From: Candidatus Latescibacterota bacterium
GTDB lineage: Bacteria; Latescibacterota; UBA2968; GCA-2709665
Direction: 5' to 3'
Length of the DNA: 64,000 bases
NCBI GenBank assembly: GCA_965203805.1
Contig: OZ241917.1
Location: 2,176,001-2,240,000, forward strand
How positions within the stretch are numbered: position 1 is the first letter of the stretch; the number at the start of each line of letters is the position of its first letter. The translations under genes and the position numbers were made by a program. Below the pieces are notes generated by a model that saw only the letters and a program-made list of their open reading frames with translations, made no database searches and had not been told where the DNA came from. Positions 8,676 through 18,629 of the stretch are shown piece after piece.

Positions 8676-9944
8676 TCATCCCCGCTGTCCCAGCAACCCC
8701 TCCGTAACCTTCCTTACCGCCCGGGCGGCGGCGTTTGCCTCGGCCACGGTATTGTGCTGGGTCATCCGAACCGCCCCCACCCGTTCTCCATAGGTCCTGG
8801 CGTTGGGACATGCCTCAAGCGGATACGCCCCCTTTTCCAGCCTGCCGGGCCTGTAGCTGTTGAACGCCGCGGGATTCCGGTGCAGCCGCCGGAACACCTG
8901 CCAGCCCACCACGTACTGCTGGGGGTTCCCGAATGCCGGTATCCCCTCCGCGGCGACCATCCGGCAGAATTCCGGCGCATTCACCCCCAGGACATCCGCG
9001 TCCACGGAGAACAGCGCCCACCAGTAACTGGGTTTCGCCCCCGCGGGCTGCGGATGCGGTTTGACGCCAGGCACCCCCGAGATCCCCAGATCGAACGCCT
9101 CGCCGAACGCCTGGCGCCTGGCAATCCACTTCGGTACGCGCTTCAGCTGCACCGCCGCCAGGGCAGCGTTTACGTCGCTGAGCCGTACGTTCAACGCCGG
9201 GAAGGCGGGCGTCGCCGGCGCTCCCGGAAACCTCGGATAGCATTTGTCCGAAAACAGGTCCGCCGTTTCGGCCAGTTTCCGCCGTCTTGTCAGAACGAAC
9301 CCGCCCTCGCCCGATTTCATGTGCTTGCTCTCATTCGTGCTCCACGCGCCGAGCTGTCCGAACGTGCCGAGATACCTGCCCTTGATGGAGGCGAGATGCG
9401 CCTGCGCGCAATCCTCGATCACCATCATCCGATGGCGGCGGGCGACCCGCATGACCGCGGGCATATCCACGGCGTACCCCCCGTTATGGATTGGCATGAT
9501 CGCACGGGTATGAGGCGTGATCGCCGCTTCCATCGCCCCCACGTCCATCAGCAACCCGTCCGGCTGCACGTCGGCGAAAACCGGGATCGCGTTCAACTGA
9601 AATATCCCCATAATGCTGCCGTAGTCGGTCAGGGGACTCAATATCACCTCATCCCCCGCGCCGATGCCCGCCGCAGCCAATGCCACGTGGATGGCCGCAC
9701 TGCCGGAACTCGTGGGCACGGCATACGGCAACCCGTAAAGCTTCTGCAGCCCGTCGCGATAGGCCATCACGGCCTTGCCGCGCGCCAGCGGCAGCGCCGG
9801 ACCTGAAAGCAGCTTCTCCAACGCCGCCAGTTCCTCCCTGAAGTGGAACGCTCCCGAACGCCACGGTCTGCTGTGTACCGGCCTGCCGCCGTGGGCCGCC
9901 AGATCGGATTTTCCGGAACCTTTAGCCAAACCACCCTCCTCCAT
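8676..9944 (-). CDS. DegT/DnrJ/EryC1/StrS PLP aminotransferase
   Basis: SSGSAAIH, IEDCAQAH and STNESKHMKSGEGG motifs. Confidence 0.9.
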   Translation of the reverse strand: MEEGGLAKGSGKSDLAAHGGRPVHSRPWRSGAFHFREELAALEKLLSGPALPLARGKAVMAYRDGLQKLYGLPYAVPTSSGSAAIHVALAAAGIGAGDEVILSPLTDYGSIMGIFQLNAIPVFADVQPDGLLMDVGAMEAAITPHTRAIMPIHNGGYAVDMPAVMRVARRHRMMVIEDCAQAHLASIKGRYLGTFGQLGAWSTNESKHMKSGEGGFVLTRRRKLAETADLFSDKCYPRFPGAPATPAFPALNVRLSDVNAALAAVQLKRVPKWIARRQAFGEAFDLGISGVPGVKPHPQPAGAKPSYWWALFSVDADVLGVNAPEFCRMVAAEGIPAFGNPQQYVVGWQVFRRLHRNPAAFNSYRPGRLEKGAYPLEACPNARTYGERVGAVRMTQHNTVAEANAAARAVRKVTEGLLGQRG

Positions 9945-10000
9945 TGTCCAGTCTATAGAGTATCTTACCGCTCCACCGCGGATTCATCCCGCCTGCTGAA

Positions 10001-11095
10001 TTATATCGCGTATGTTTCCAGCACCTCTCTGTCGATCTCGATTCCCAGACCCGGACGCTGAATCACCGGCACGTACCCGTCCACCGCGTGGATCGGCTCC
10101 CTGGCGAGTTCGGTTCGGAGACGATTTTCCGTCATGTCGAATTCGAACAACGACGGGAACGGATTTAACGACTCGGGCGTGTCCGGCAGTGTCGCCTGCC
10201 AGTGTATCGTCGCGGCGAGGCGTATGCTGGTTCCCCACATATGGGGCAGTACCCGCACGTGGTTGGCGCTTGCCAGCGCGGCGACCTTTCGGCACTCCGT
10301 AAACCCGCCGGCATCGCAGATGTCCGGCTGCACGATATCCAGCCCGCGTTTCTGGATGAGATCGCGGAACGCCCACCTCCCCTGGAGCGCCTCGCCGCCG
10401 GCAACGCGCACCCCAAGCGTCTGTCTTATCTCGCGGTAACCGGCGACGTCGTCGGTTGAGACCGGTTCCTCGTACCACAACAGGTCGTTCTCAAGCAACT
10501 GACGGCCAACGTGGATGGCCGTACCGGTATCGTACCCGCAGTTGGCATCCACCGCAAGCAGAACCGAATCGCCGATCGCCCGGCGCACCGCGGCCACGTT
10601 TGTGACATCGTAGTCCACGCCGAATCCGATCTTCATCTTCACGGCCGGGAATCCCAGGTCCGCGTAGGCTGCCGCCTCGTCGATCAACGACCGGGTCATA
10701 TCGGCCTTCCGCCGGCAGAACAGTCCGCTGGCGTAAGCCGGAATGCGTTCCCGGAACGCGCCGCCCAGGAGCCGGTATACGGGCATCTCCAGGGCTCTGC
10801 CCACAATATCCCAAAGCGCGATGTCCACCGCGCTCAACTCCGAAAAACCGACCCCGCCACGCAGATGCAGGTCGTTCCAGATGACTTCGATGTCAAAAGG
10901 ATCGCGGCCCACCAGCCTGGCGCGCAGCGACGCTTCGTTCAGACCCGATACCCCTTCGCCCCATCCGGTTACGCCCGCGTCCGTGATGACCTCGATCACA
11001 CCCGCGTTCCGTGCCGTATTCCATGCGATGGCGTTCGCAAACGGCTCTTTCAGAGGGTACCGGAGATTGTAGACCCTGATGTCGGTGATCTTCAT
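10001..11095 (-). CDS. Mandelate racemase/enolase-superfamily enzyme (acid-sugar dehydratase or cycloisomerase-like)
   Basis: KMKIG, VDAN, YEEP, GGE, QPD and PH motifs. Confidence 0.9.
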   Translation of the reverse strand: MKITDIRVYNLRYPLKEPFANAIAWNTARNAGVIEVITDAGVTGWGEGVSGLNEASLRARLVGRDPFDIEVIWNDLHLRGGVGFSELSAVDIALWDIVGRALEMPVYRLLGGAFRERIPAYASGLFCRRKADMTRSLIDEAAAYADLGFPAVKMKIGFGVDYDVTNVAAVRRAIGDSVLLAVDANCGYDTGTAIHVGRQLLENDLLWYEEPVSTDDVAGYREIRQTLGVRVAGGEALQGRWAFRDLIQKRGLDIVQPDICDAGGFTECRKVAALASANHVRVLPHMWGTSIRLAATIHWQATLPDTPESLNPFPSLFEFDMTENRLRTELAREPIHAVDGYVPVIQRPGLGIEIDREVLETYAI

Positions 11096-11114
11096 TTCGA
11101 TTCACATACCTGTT

Positions 11115-11915
11115 TCAAACCGAAGTCCGGCGTCGGTTGTACTCCACCGCCTCCGGAAACAGGCGCGTCAGGTGGCTCAGCGACTCGGCGATTTCACACT
11201 CGCATGCCGAGGCGGGGTACGGGAGCTTGCCCGTGGCGCGAAATCGTCTCCCGTTTCCGGCATGAAAATCGCCGCGCCGGTCCATGAACTGCCCCCAGTG
11301 CCCCATCGTATAGCCGATACGGGGATTCACGACCTCGCTTTCCGCCCAGCGAGTCGGGAACAGAGACCGGAAACGCGGCGTGGCATTCATCCAGCTGCTG
11401 CAACGAACCATTGTGACGTCGGGGCGCCGCGCCCGTGAGTCCGCAAGCATCCGGACCAGCGACGCCGCGAAAGGCGTGAACATCTCGCTGAGCGGCGAGT
11501 CGGGCCTGTATACATTATCGATGTGGATGTTCAGCCGGCCCGACGACGTATAGTCGTAAGACCAGCACTCGTACGGCCGGTCGCCCGACAGACCCTCGTC
11601 GGCCACCCTCAGACGGGCCTCGAGGCTGGGCCACAACATTGCCAGCCCCGCATTCTCGAAGCCCGTCGCCCGGGGATCATCCATATGCCGGATGAAGAGC
11701 GACGCCAGCCGGTCGACCAGGTCCGCCCACTCCGGTCCGACGTTGTCACCGGAGGGATGGTGTTTCCCGTCATAGAAGGACGTGTTCCGGTAGATGTTCA
11801 CCCGCTTGTTTACCACGTCGGCAAAGGGTTCCCTGCCGGTTCTCGCCAGACGCCACACATACCACAGGGAAAGCCTTGTGAATCCCTTCAGATAGCTGAG
11901 GCGAATCGGATCCAT
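11115..11915 (-). CDS. Hypothetical protein, possible GNAT-like acyltransferase C-terminal domain
   Basis: LNIHI...SPL...VRCSSWMN resembles the HIP / C-x-SW motifs of GNAT_C-type proteins; lies in an operon. Confidence 0.55.
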   Translation of the reverse strand: MDPIRLSYLKGFTRLSLWYVWRLARTGREPFADVVNKRVNIYRNTSFYDGKHHPSGDNVGPEWADLVDRLASLFIRHMDDPRATGFENAGLAMLWPSLEARLRVADEGLSGDRPYECWSYDYTSSGRLNIHIDNVYRPDSPLSEMFTPFAASLVRMLADSRARRPDVTMVRCSSWMNATPRFRSLFPTRWAESEVVNPRIGYTMGHWGQFMDRRGDFHAGNGRRFRATGKLPYPASACECEIAESLSHLTRLFPEAVEYNRRRTSV

Positions 11916-11976
11916 ATCCGGTGTCGAATTCCAGTGACCAGACGGGAACGCGCGACGGATCGCGGGTGAAGGGCGC

Positions 11977-12867
11977 TTATCCTCTCCCCGGAAACGTCAA
12001 TTCGGCAACGCCCGACTTGTCCAGTTCGCCCTTGCCGACTTCAATCATACGGTCGTACTGGCGTTTGGTGGCATCCGCAAGCGGCAGTTGCAACCCGGCG
12101 TCGCTTGCCAGATTCAGGGCGATGCCGGAATCCTTGGCCGCGTGCGCTGATGAGAAATAACACTCGTGGTCCCGGGCCACCATGTCCTCGCCGTCGGTTT
12201 CCAGCACCCTTGAATTGGCGCCCGTCTGGGAAAACACCTGCTGGAGCATCTCCAGATCGAGGCCCAGCGCCGACCCAAGCCCCAACCCTTCCGCCAGTCC
12301 CGCCGTATTGATGTTCATAACCATATTCACGAGCGCCTTGACCTGCGCCGCCTGTCCGGCCGTTCCGATATACTTCAGGTCCGTACTCATCGAGTCCAGA
12401 ATCGGCCGCACGTCGTCGAATACTTCCCGCTTGCCGCCGCACATCAGATACAGCGTGCCTTCCCGGGCCTGGGTGATGCTGCTTGCCATACACCCTTCCA
12501 GGCTTCTCGCGCCCGCCTGTTCCGCCAGCGCTTCGACGTCGACGTGTACCTGCGGCGTGATGGTTGCGCAATTGATGAAGACTTTCCCGTCCGCGTCGTT
12601 CAGCAGACTGTCTCCTCCGGTTGAAAAAACCGCACGCATCGCGTCGTCGTCGGTGACGACCGTAATGATCTGGTCCGCCGCCGCGGTGACGCCCGCCAGC
12701 GTCGCCGATGCCTCGCACCCGAGTTCCCGCGCCAGTTCGGAAGCGGCATCGGGTCGGACGTCGTGGACCGAAGTCACGGAAAAGCCGTCGTCCTTCAGAT
12801 GCCTTGCAATATTCGCGCCCATGCGCCCGACACCCACCACACCGATTCTGAATTCAGAAGTCGCCAT
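11977..12867 (-). CDS. NAD(P)-dependent beta-hydroxyacid dehydrogenase family
   Basis: GVGRMG, KALVN and KD motifs. Confidence 0.9.
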   Translation of the reverse strand: MATSEFRIGVVGVGRMGANIARHLKDDGFSVTSVHDVRPDAASELARELGCEASATLAGVTAAADQIITVVTDDDAMRAVFSTGGDSLLNDADGKVFINCATITPQVHVDVEALAEQAGARSLEGCMASSITQAREGTLYLMCGGKREVFDDVRPILDSMSTDLKYIGTAGQAAQVKALVNMVMNINTAGLAEGLGLGSALGLDLEMLQQVFSQTGANSRVLETDGEDMVARDHECYFSSAHAAKDSGIALNLASDAGLQLPLADATKRQYDRMIEVGKGELDKSGVAELTFPGRG

Positions 12868-12951
12868 GTTTCCCTCCGGCATACAAAGAGCGTTCAACTG
12901 CCGGCTCACAAACAGATGCAGCCAACGGTCGAACGCTCCGGTCGGAACATG

Positions 12952-13386
12952 CTACAGGTTATTGTGGAATTCCGTCCAATCGTCCAGATTGTTCAGGTTT
13001 ACCGCATCCAGAATCGACCCGTCATCGGCCACGCCGGCCGCGGACAGGATCGCCCCGCGGGTCTCGTCATCGTGGTGGTATCCGTTAATGGCCGCATTGG
13101 AAGCGTCGATTTCATCCTGAGGAATGCTGCCGCCGCGCTGATCCACCACCCAGTTCTCAAACTCGATATAGGTTGGAAGGTTGCTCTTCACGTAGTCTAC
13201 CGCCGCGTCACGATCGACTTTCAATCCGTCCAGCACCATCTGGTCGTAACCGGCGCCGCATTCCGGATAGTCGTCCGCCAGCCGGCCCTTTGCTGAAAGC
13301 GTCAGCTTCAACCACAACCTGGGGAGGTGGATGGCGCCCAGAGGACCCGCGACACCGGAACTGATAAGGGGAATCGTGCCTGCCAT
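12952..13386 (-). CDS. DUF5069-like protein
   Basis: GPLGAIHLPRLWLK...GYDQMVL; SD aaggag. Confidence 0.7.
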   Translation of the reverse strand: MAGTIPLISSGVAGPLGAIHLPRLWLKLTLSAKGRLADDYPECGAGYDQMVLDGLKVDRDAAVDYVKSNLPTYIEFENWVVDQRGGSIPQDEIDASNAAINGYHHDDETRGAILSAAGVADDGSILDAVNLNNLDDWTEFHNNL

Positions 13387-13603
13387 GGTGCGTCTCCTTC
13401 TGAAGTTGGGGAGTTGAAAGGAAACCGCGATATGGACACCGCGACCAATGCACCCCGTTCATCGGCCCGAGTGACTCATAGATGTACAGGATGACAACCC
13501 TGTCAAGTTGAAAAACACCGGACTTGCGCGCTTGGCCGTTCAGAGTGACTATTGACATCGCCGGACCCGCGCGCTGCCGGCAAGTCGTGATCTGAATGCC
13601 GTA

Positions 13604-13648
13604 CACAGAACGAGCGGATGAGATTGAATCTCATCCGCTCGTTCTGTG
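13604..13648. repeat. Perfect 22-bp inverted repeat with 1-nt spacer
   Basis: cacagaacgagcggatgagatt-g-aatctcatccgctcgttctgtg, immediately downstream of the DUF151 gene. Confidence 0.85.
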
Positions 13649-13657
13649 CAGGTCCCG

Positions 13658-14329
13658 TCAGGCTTCCCGGCTGTTTTTCAACCGGTCTATTTCGTCCCTG
13701 AGTCTGCCTGCTTCTTCGTAACGCTCCTGCCTGCTGGCCTGCTCCATCTTTCGACGGAGATCGTTGATCCGTACCTCGACGGGGTCGCCGGTGTCGGCCG
13801 ATCCGCTTTTGGGGACTTCGGCCACCGTCATCAGCGCTTCTTCCTTTTCCTCAGTACGTTTGGGCGGGGCCCACGCTTCGATGGTCTCGGGCTCCTCGTC
13901 TCCCTCGCCCGGCGGGTCGTCGTGTCCGGCCTCGGCGACGACGGCTTCCGATACGTAGATCGGCGCTTCGTATCGCAATGCCAGGGCAACGCAATCGCTC
14001 GGACGGGCGTCGACACGCCAGCGCTTCGCGCCGCGCGCCAGCGCCAGTTCCGCGTAAAAGATGCCTTCCTTCAACGCGACAATGTAGACGCCTTCGATTG
14101 TGGTGTCGAGTTGCCCCAGAATCGACCGGACCAGATCGTGTGTAAGCGGGCGCGGCGGGCGTTCGTTCGTGAGTTCGGCGTAGATGGCGCTGGCCTCCAT
14201 CAGCCCGATCACAATCGGCAGCAGCACCTGTTGCTCGCGGTTGCACAGCCAGATCATGCGCGGTTGGGAAACCTGGACGGGTCGTAACGCGTTCAGCGTT
14301 CGATCAATGTCGATCTTGACTTCAACCAT
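13658..14329 (-). CDS. Bifunctional nuclease (DUF151) with C-terminal UVR domain
   Basis: LPIVIG..EA, RPLTHDL and DARPSD motifs; ERYEEAGRLRDEI. Confidence 0.92.
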   Translation of the reverse strand: MVEVKIDIDRTLNALRPVQVSQPRMIWLCNREQQVLLPIVIGLMEASAIYAELTNERPPRPLTHDLVRSILGQLDTTIEGVYIVALKEGIFYAELALARGAKRWRVDARPSDCVALALRYEAPIYVSEAVVAEAGHDDPPGEGDEEPETIEAWAPPKRTEEKEEALMTVAEVPKSGSADTGDPVEVRINDLRRKMEQASRQERYEEAGRLRDEIDRLKNSREA

Positions 14330-14416
14330 CGCCTTCCTCCGGGTTTTCATCGCCGGAAACGCGGACCGCAATATACGAAAGCCAGGTTCCCCGACAAGGG
14401 TAATTTTCGCCCTTTT

Positions 14417-15718
14417 TTAGACGCGTTGCGGCGCAAACCGTTCCAACAGGCGAATACACGCCGCCTCCAGCCGCTCCGCGCTTCCCGGCGCGACCCGCGA
14501 CCAGGGTCCGGGCACGACCTCGTATCCGCCCTCCGCGTAGGCGCGGTGGATGGGGAAGTAACCGATCCATCCATTTGCGTTGCCCGTAACGAACCATGCG
14601 CCCGCCCGTTTGATCGCAAGCCCCGTCTCCACAAACACCTCCCCCGGAAGTGCGATCCAGCGCAGCCGTCCCAGAGCGATGGCCTGAATCTCGACGTGAA
14701 GCGGTCCCTCGGCGAGCTTGCGCGCGAGGCGCGACGCCAGGCGGTTTTGCGAGGACGGATCCCGCACCGCGTTTTTCTCCGCCTCTTCCAACGGCGGACA
14801 CGGCCTCGCGTCCAGTTCCAGTCGATCCGTCATGTACGCAACTTCGGCGGACGGGAGCGGATCCCCCGTCTTGAGCCGGACGATTTCGTCCAGCGCCGCT
14901 CGACCCAGCGTTCGTCCGATCCGGGACACGTCGTCGAAATTGGTCGTGACGCAGCTCGAGTTCACATTTCCGCACGCGCCGTTGAGAAAGAGACATGGCG
15001 CGCCGTCGAGGCCCTCTTCCACCGAGGCCGCGAGGGCGCCGGGATAGTCGGCGGACACCGGCGGGAGCAGCATGGCCACGACCGGATGCGCGGCATAGTT
15101 CACCATCGCGGCCTGCGGCTGGCCGGTCAGGGCTTCCAGATAAAGAACCGACAGCGCCTCGTCCACGGCCCAGGGTCCGGCAGCCTCCCCGCGCGGAGGC
15201 AACGACCCGGAACGGTTCAGCGAGCCGTCTTTCAGGAGAATCCGCCGATGCCTGGCCACACCCGGCACCTGCGTCGCCCCGGCATACGCCCGGACCGCTG
15301 TCCGCCTTTCCCACGCCTCGGTAACCGTGGATGCAAGCGAGTCCAGATGCGCCTCCAGCCAGTCCTGAATCCCTTCGGTTTCTCTGAACGGCGTCAGGCC
15401 AAGGGTTTCCGGCGTGGAGTGCGAGTGGGTGGCCGACAGCATCACGCCTTCTGCCGGCAAACCCGTCCGCGCGGATATCCGCGAACGCAGTTCATCCGTG
15501 AAATTCCGCCCGGGCCCCAGAATCGCGTTGTCGTAACCGACGGCGTCCACCGCCAAAATCGCGACCGACGCGCAGCCGTCGTCGAGCACCAGGGCCCTGG
15601 CGTACAGGTCGTCGTGGACGCCGTCGAACGGCGCGCAGGTCCCGTTTCCGGACGACGTCAGATAAGGCACCCACGTGGGCGGGGTCACACGCCGCTTTGC
15701 CGCACCGGCCATCAGCAA
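14417..15718 (-). CDS. Neutral/alkaline ceramidase-like amidohydrolase
   Basis: HDDLYARALV, SATHSHSTP, NYAAHP, SADYPG and LPGEVF motifs. Confidence 0.8.
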   Translation of the reverse strand: MLMAGAAKRRVTPPTWVPYLTSSGNGTCAPFDGVHDDLYARALVLDDGCASVAILAVDAVGYDNAILGPGRNFTDELRSRISARTGLPAEGVMLSATHSHSTPETLGLTPFRETEGIQDWLEAHLDSLASTVTEAWERRTAVRAYAGATQVPGVARHRRILLKDGSLNRSGSLPPRGEAAGPWAVDEALSVLYLEALTGQPQAAMVNYAAHPVVAMLLPPVSADYPGALAASVEEGLDGAPCLFLNGACGNVNSSCVTTNFDDVSRIGRTLGRAALDEIVRLKTGDPLPSAEVAYMTDRLELDARPCPPLEEAEKNAVRDPSSQNRLASRLARKLAEGPLHVEIQAIALGRLRWIALPGEVFVETGLAIKRAGAWFVTGNANGWIGYFPIHRAYAEGGYEVVPGPWSRVAPGSAERLEAACIRLLERFAPQRV

Positions 15719-15843
15719 CTTCGCATACCTCCATTCACCGCGGCCGCGCGATGCGCTGGATGGCTCGCGCGCCATCCGATCCCGGGTTGACATGATCGGT
15801 CCGAACGGATAAATTACGCGCATCCGTCAGGAGAGGAGAATCA

Positions 15844-16668
15844 ATGGAACTTTCGCTTTCCGTTCGGGTTGCCGAGAGCTTCAGCAACAAACGGGTCGTG
15901 GACATCGCGCTGCCCGACCTTGCGGGCATCGCACGCAGGGCCGGATATGCCGCGCTTTGCATGCGCGCCTCGGTCGTGGGTGTCCGGAGCGCCCCCGAAA
16001 CCGTGGCGTCCGCAAGCGCACTGCTGAAACGGGAAGGCCTTGCGGTCTCCATGGTCACCGGCGACTTTGCCGTTCCCGAAAACGGTGACGACGGCCCGGG
16101 CTGCCTGCGGAACATCGCGCCGCACCTGGACCTGGCTCAGGCTCTGGGCTGCGATCTCATTCGCGTCTGCATCAAAACCGAAGCCGACATCCCGTTCGCG
16201 CGAAAATCCGCCGACGAAGCCGCCGACCGGAACATCCGCCTCGCCCACCAGAGCCATACCCTCAGCCTGTTCGAGACCGTGGAGGGCTCCCTGGACGTCC
16301 TCAGAAAAATAGGCAGGTCCAACTTCGGACTGATCTACGAGCCGGCCAACCTCGCGCTGTGCGGCGAAGACTACGGCCCCGACGCGCTGCGAAGATTTCA
16401 ACCGTACCTGTTCAACGTCTACCTGCAGAACCACGCGCCCGACCCGGACGGCGATCGCCCGATGACCACCTGGGCGAGAGGGTCCGTGATGTCGACGCTA
16501 CGTCCTCTGGATGCGCCCGGGGGCATCGACTTCGGCAGCGTCTTCGAGGGGCTGCACGCCATTTCCTACAGCGGCTGCGTCACCGTACACCAGGCATTCG
16601 GCGGGCACCTGACCCCGGATGAAGCCGCCGCCCGATCCGCAAGATTCCTCAAGTCGTTCATCGATTAG
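15844..16668 (+). CDS. Sugar phosphate isomerase/epimerase (xylose-isomerase-like TIM barrel)
   Basis: NFGLIYEPANL and GGIDFGSVF...YSG motifs; SD aggag. Confidence 0.75.
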   Translation: MELSLSVRVAESFSNKRVVDIALPDLAGIARRAGYAALCMRASVVGVRSAPETVASASALLKREGLAVSMVTGDFAVPENGDDGPGCLRNIAPHLDLAQALGCDLIRVCIKTEADIPFARKSADEAADRNIRLAHQSHTLSLFETVEGSLDVLRKIGRSNFGLIYEPANLALCGEDYGPDALRRFQPYLFNVYLQNHAPDPDGDRPMTTWARGSVMSTLRPLDAPGGIDFGSVFEGLHAISYSGCVTVHQAFGGHLTPDEAAARSARFLKSFID

Positions 16669-16709
16669 GGGGACGGCGTCGGGAGCGGACTGTTGATGCC
16701 CGCCGCGAC

Positions 16710-17075
16710 TCAATTCTCTCCCCCCCGCGCATATTCGGCGGTGATTTCGTGTTCGATCCCGCCCCTGACGTTGAACCGGCCGACCACCGCCATTTCCACG
16801 GGCGCGCAGACCAGAACCAGATCGTCCAGAATCCTGTTTGTCACGTCTTCAAAAAAAACGCCCGTGTCGCGAAAAGACCTGAAATAGTACTTGAGCGACT
16901 TGAGCTCCACGCATTGCTCGCCCGGAACGTAGCGCACCGTTATCGTGGCAAAGTCGGGCTGCCCCGTCAGCGGACACAACGACGTGAATTCCCGGCACGT
17001 GAATTCGATCGTGTACCGCCTGCCCGGACGCGGATTCTCGAACACGTCCAGAATTTCGCCAGCCTCACCCTGCAA
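16710..17075 (-). CDS. queF: 7-cyano-7-deazaguanine reductase, type I
   Basis: [23 protein letters not shown] and RGGI motifs. Confidence 0.92.
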   Translation of the reverse strand: MQGEAGEILDVFENPRPGRRYTIEFTCREFTSLCPLTGQPDFATITVRYVPGEQCVELKSLKYYFRSFRDTGVFFEDVTNRILDDLVLVCAPVEMAVVGRFNVRGGIEHEITAEYARGGEN

Positions 17076-17109
17076 TCCCGACCCCTCCTGAAATTGGCCG
17101 CGCCCGCGG

Positions 17110-17469
17110 CTAGACCGCCGCCTTCGCCGAATCCGCGGTCACGGTTGCCGCGATTCCTCCCCGAACCGCGAACTCGCCGACCACCTCCATTTTCGAGGGA
17201 TGGCACGCCGCGACCAGATCGTCGAGAATCCCGTTGACCGCGGCCTCGTTCGACACGGTCCGGTTCCGATACGTGCCCAGATAATGTTTGAGCGATACAG
17301 TCTCCAGACACCTGGCGCCCGGCACGTAGCGAATCGTGACCGTTGCGAACACCGGTTCATTGGTCACCGGATACACGGCCGTGAATTCCGGGAAGACGAA
17401 CTCAATGGTATAGGGCCTCCCCGGCTGAGGGTTTTCCACCGTATTCAGACCCACCTCGACTCTCCACAT
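17110..17469 (-). CDS. QueF-like paralogue lacking catalytic Cys and Asp
   Basis: Colinear with QueF: [30 protein letters not shown]. Confidence 0.85.
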   Translation of the reverse strand: MWRVEVGLNTVENPQPGRPYTIEFVFPEFTAVYPVTNEPVFATVTIRYVPGARCLETVSLKHYLGTYRNRTVSNEAAVNGILDDLVAACHPSKMEVVGEFAVRGGIAATVTADSAKAAV

Positions 17470-17524
17470 TCGCGATGCGACCCGGTTCGCGCGCCGATAA
17501 ACGAGCCCCGAACCGCCGGCGTCA

Positions 17525-18526
17525 TCAATATCCGGGAACGGACACGGGCTTGCCCGAGCGCACCGATTCGAAGAGCGCCACGCAGATGCCCGAGGTGCGG
17601 ACAGCCTGTTCCAGGTTCACCTGCGGCTCCGTGTCGTCTTCTATCGCCTGAAGCAGGTCCTCTATCAGCTTCCGCCGGCTGTCGCGACCATCGTCCGCGA
17701 CTTCAATGGGCGCCCATTTTCGGGTGTGCAGATCCGACACCAGGTGGGCGGGAGGCGCCTGGGCGGTGAGAAATGTCTTGCGCGTGCCGTATATCTGCAC
17801 ATTGCGAAAACCGGGCCGGGCCGAACCCATGGTGGTCAACGTTTTGGCCACGCATCCGTTCTCGAACCGGATGATTCCCACCACGCAATCGGTCACGTCC
17901 AGGCCGTGCGATCCGGCGGATATGCCGTTTCCGTATGCCGCCACTTCTACCGCCGGAGAGTCCACAATCCACTGGATCACATCCACGGGGTGGATGCTGC
18001 CGCCGGCCGCCGCGTTATAGCGCGGGCCAAGCCCGCCTCGCCATCCCTCCCGGAACAGATCCAGGTGGTTCGAGATATAGTCCGCTTCGGCGTAGAACAC
18101 CTGCCCGAACGCCTGGGCTTCGACCTGTCGTTTCAACTCCTGAAACGTCTTGTCGAACCGGATCTGGCAACCGTGCGACACCTTCCGTCCGGTCCGGCGC
18201 GACGTCCGTACGATTCTCTCGATATCCTCAAAGGACGTGGCCAGCGGCTTCTCTACAAGCACGTGCTTTCCGGAGGCCAGCATGGCAACCGCCGGATCCG
18301 CGTGCAGATGGTCGGGCGTGCAGATCGAGACCACGTCGATGTCATCCATATCCGCCAGGTCGCGATAATCCGAAACCCGGCGCCGCACGCCGTACTCCTC
18401 GCCGACCTGTTCCAGCAACGTCTCGTTGACGTCGCAAATCGCCGCAACCGCCGCGCCGGCTTCGCGGTACGCAACGATATGCCCCGTGCCCACACCCAGT
18501 CCGATCACCGCCGCGTTCAGTGCCAC
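17525..18526 (-). CDS. Gfo/Idh/MocA oxidoreductase
   Basis: VIGLG, ICTPDHLH and GKHVLVEKP motifs; GTG start with SD ggagg. Confidence 0.92.
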   Translation of the reverse strand: MALNAAVIGLGVGTGHIVAYREAGAAVAAICDVNETLLEQVGEEYGVRRRVSDYRDLADMDDIDVVSICTPDHLHADPAVAMLASGKHVLVEKPLATSFEDIERIVRTSRRTGRKVSHGCQIRFDKTFQELKRQVEAQAFGQVFYAEADYISNHLDLFREGWRGGLGPRYNAAAGGSIHPVDVIQWIVDSPAVEVAAYGNGISAGSHGLDVTDCVVGIIRFENGCVAKTLTTMGSARPGFRNVQIYGTRKTFLTAQAPPAHLVSDLHTRKWAPIEVADDGRDSRRKLIEDLLQAIEDDTEPQVNLEQAVRTSGICVALFESVRSGKPVSVPGY

Positions 18527-18629
18527 CCGCCAGACCTCCGCTGATGTGATCCTCGCGTACGACTTCCGTAAATTGTACTGCGTGCCGATACGCGGCACAA
18601 ATCGCCGGGTTTCGCTGTCCGGCTTACGA

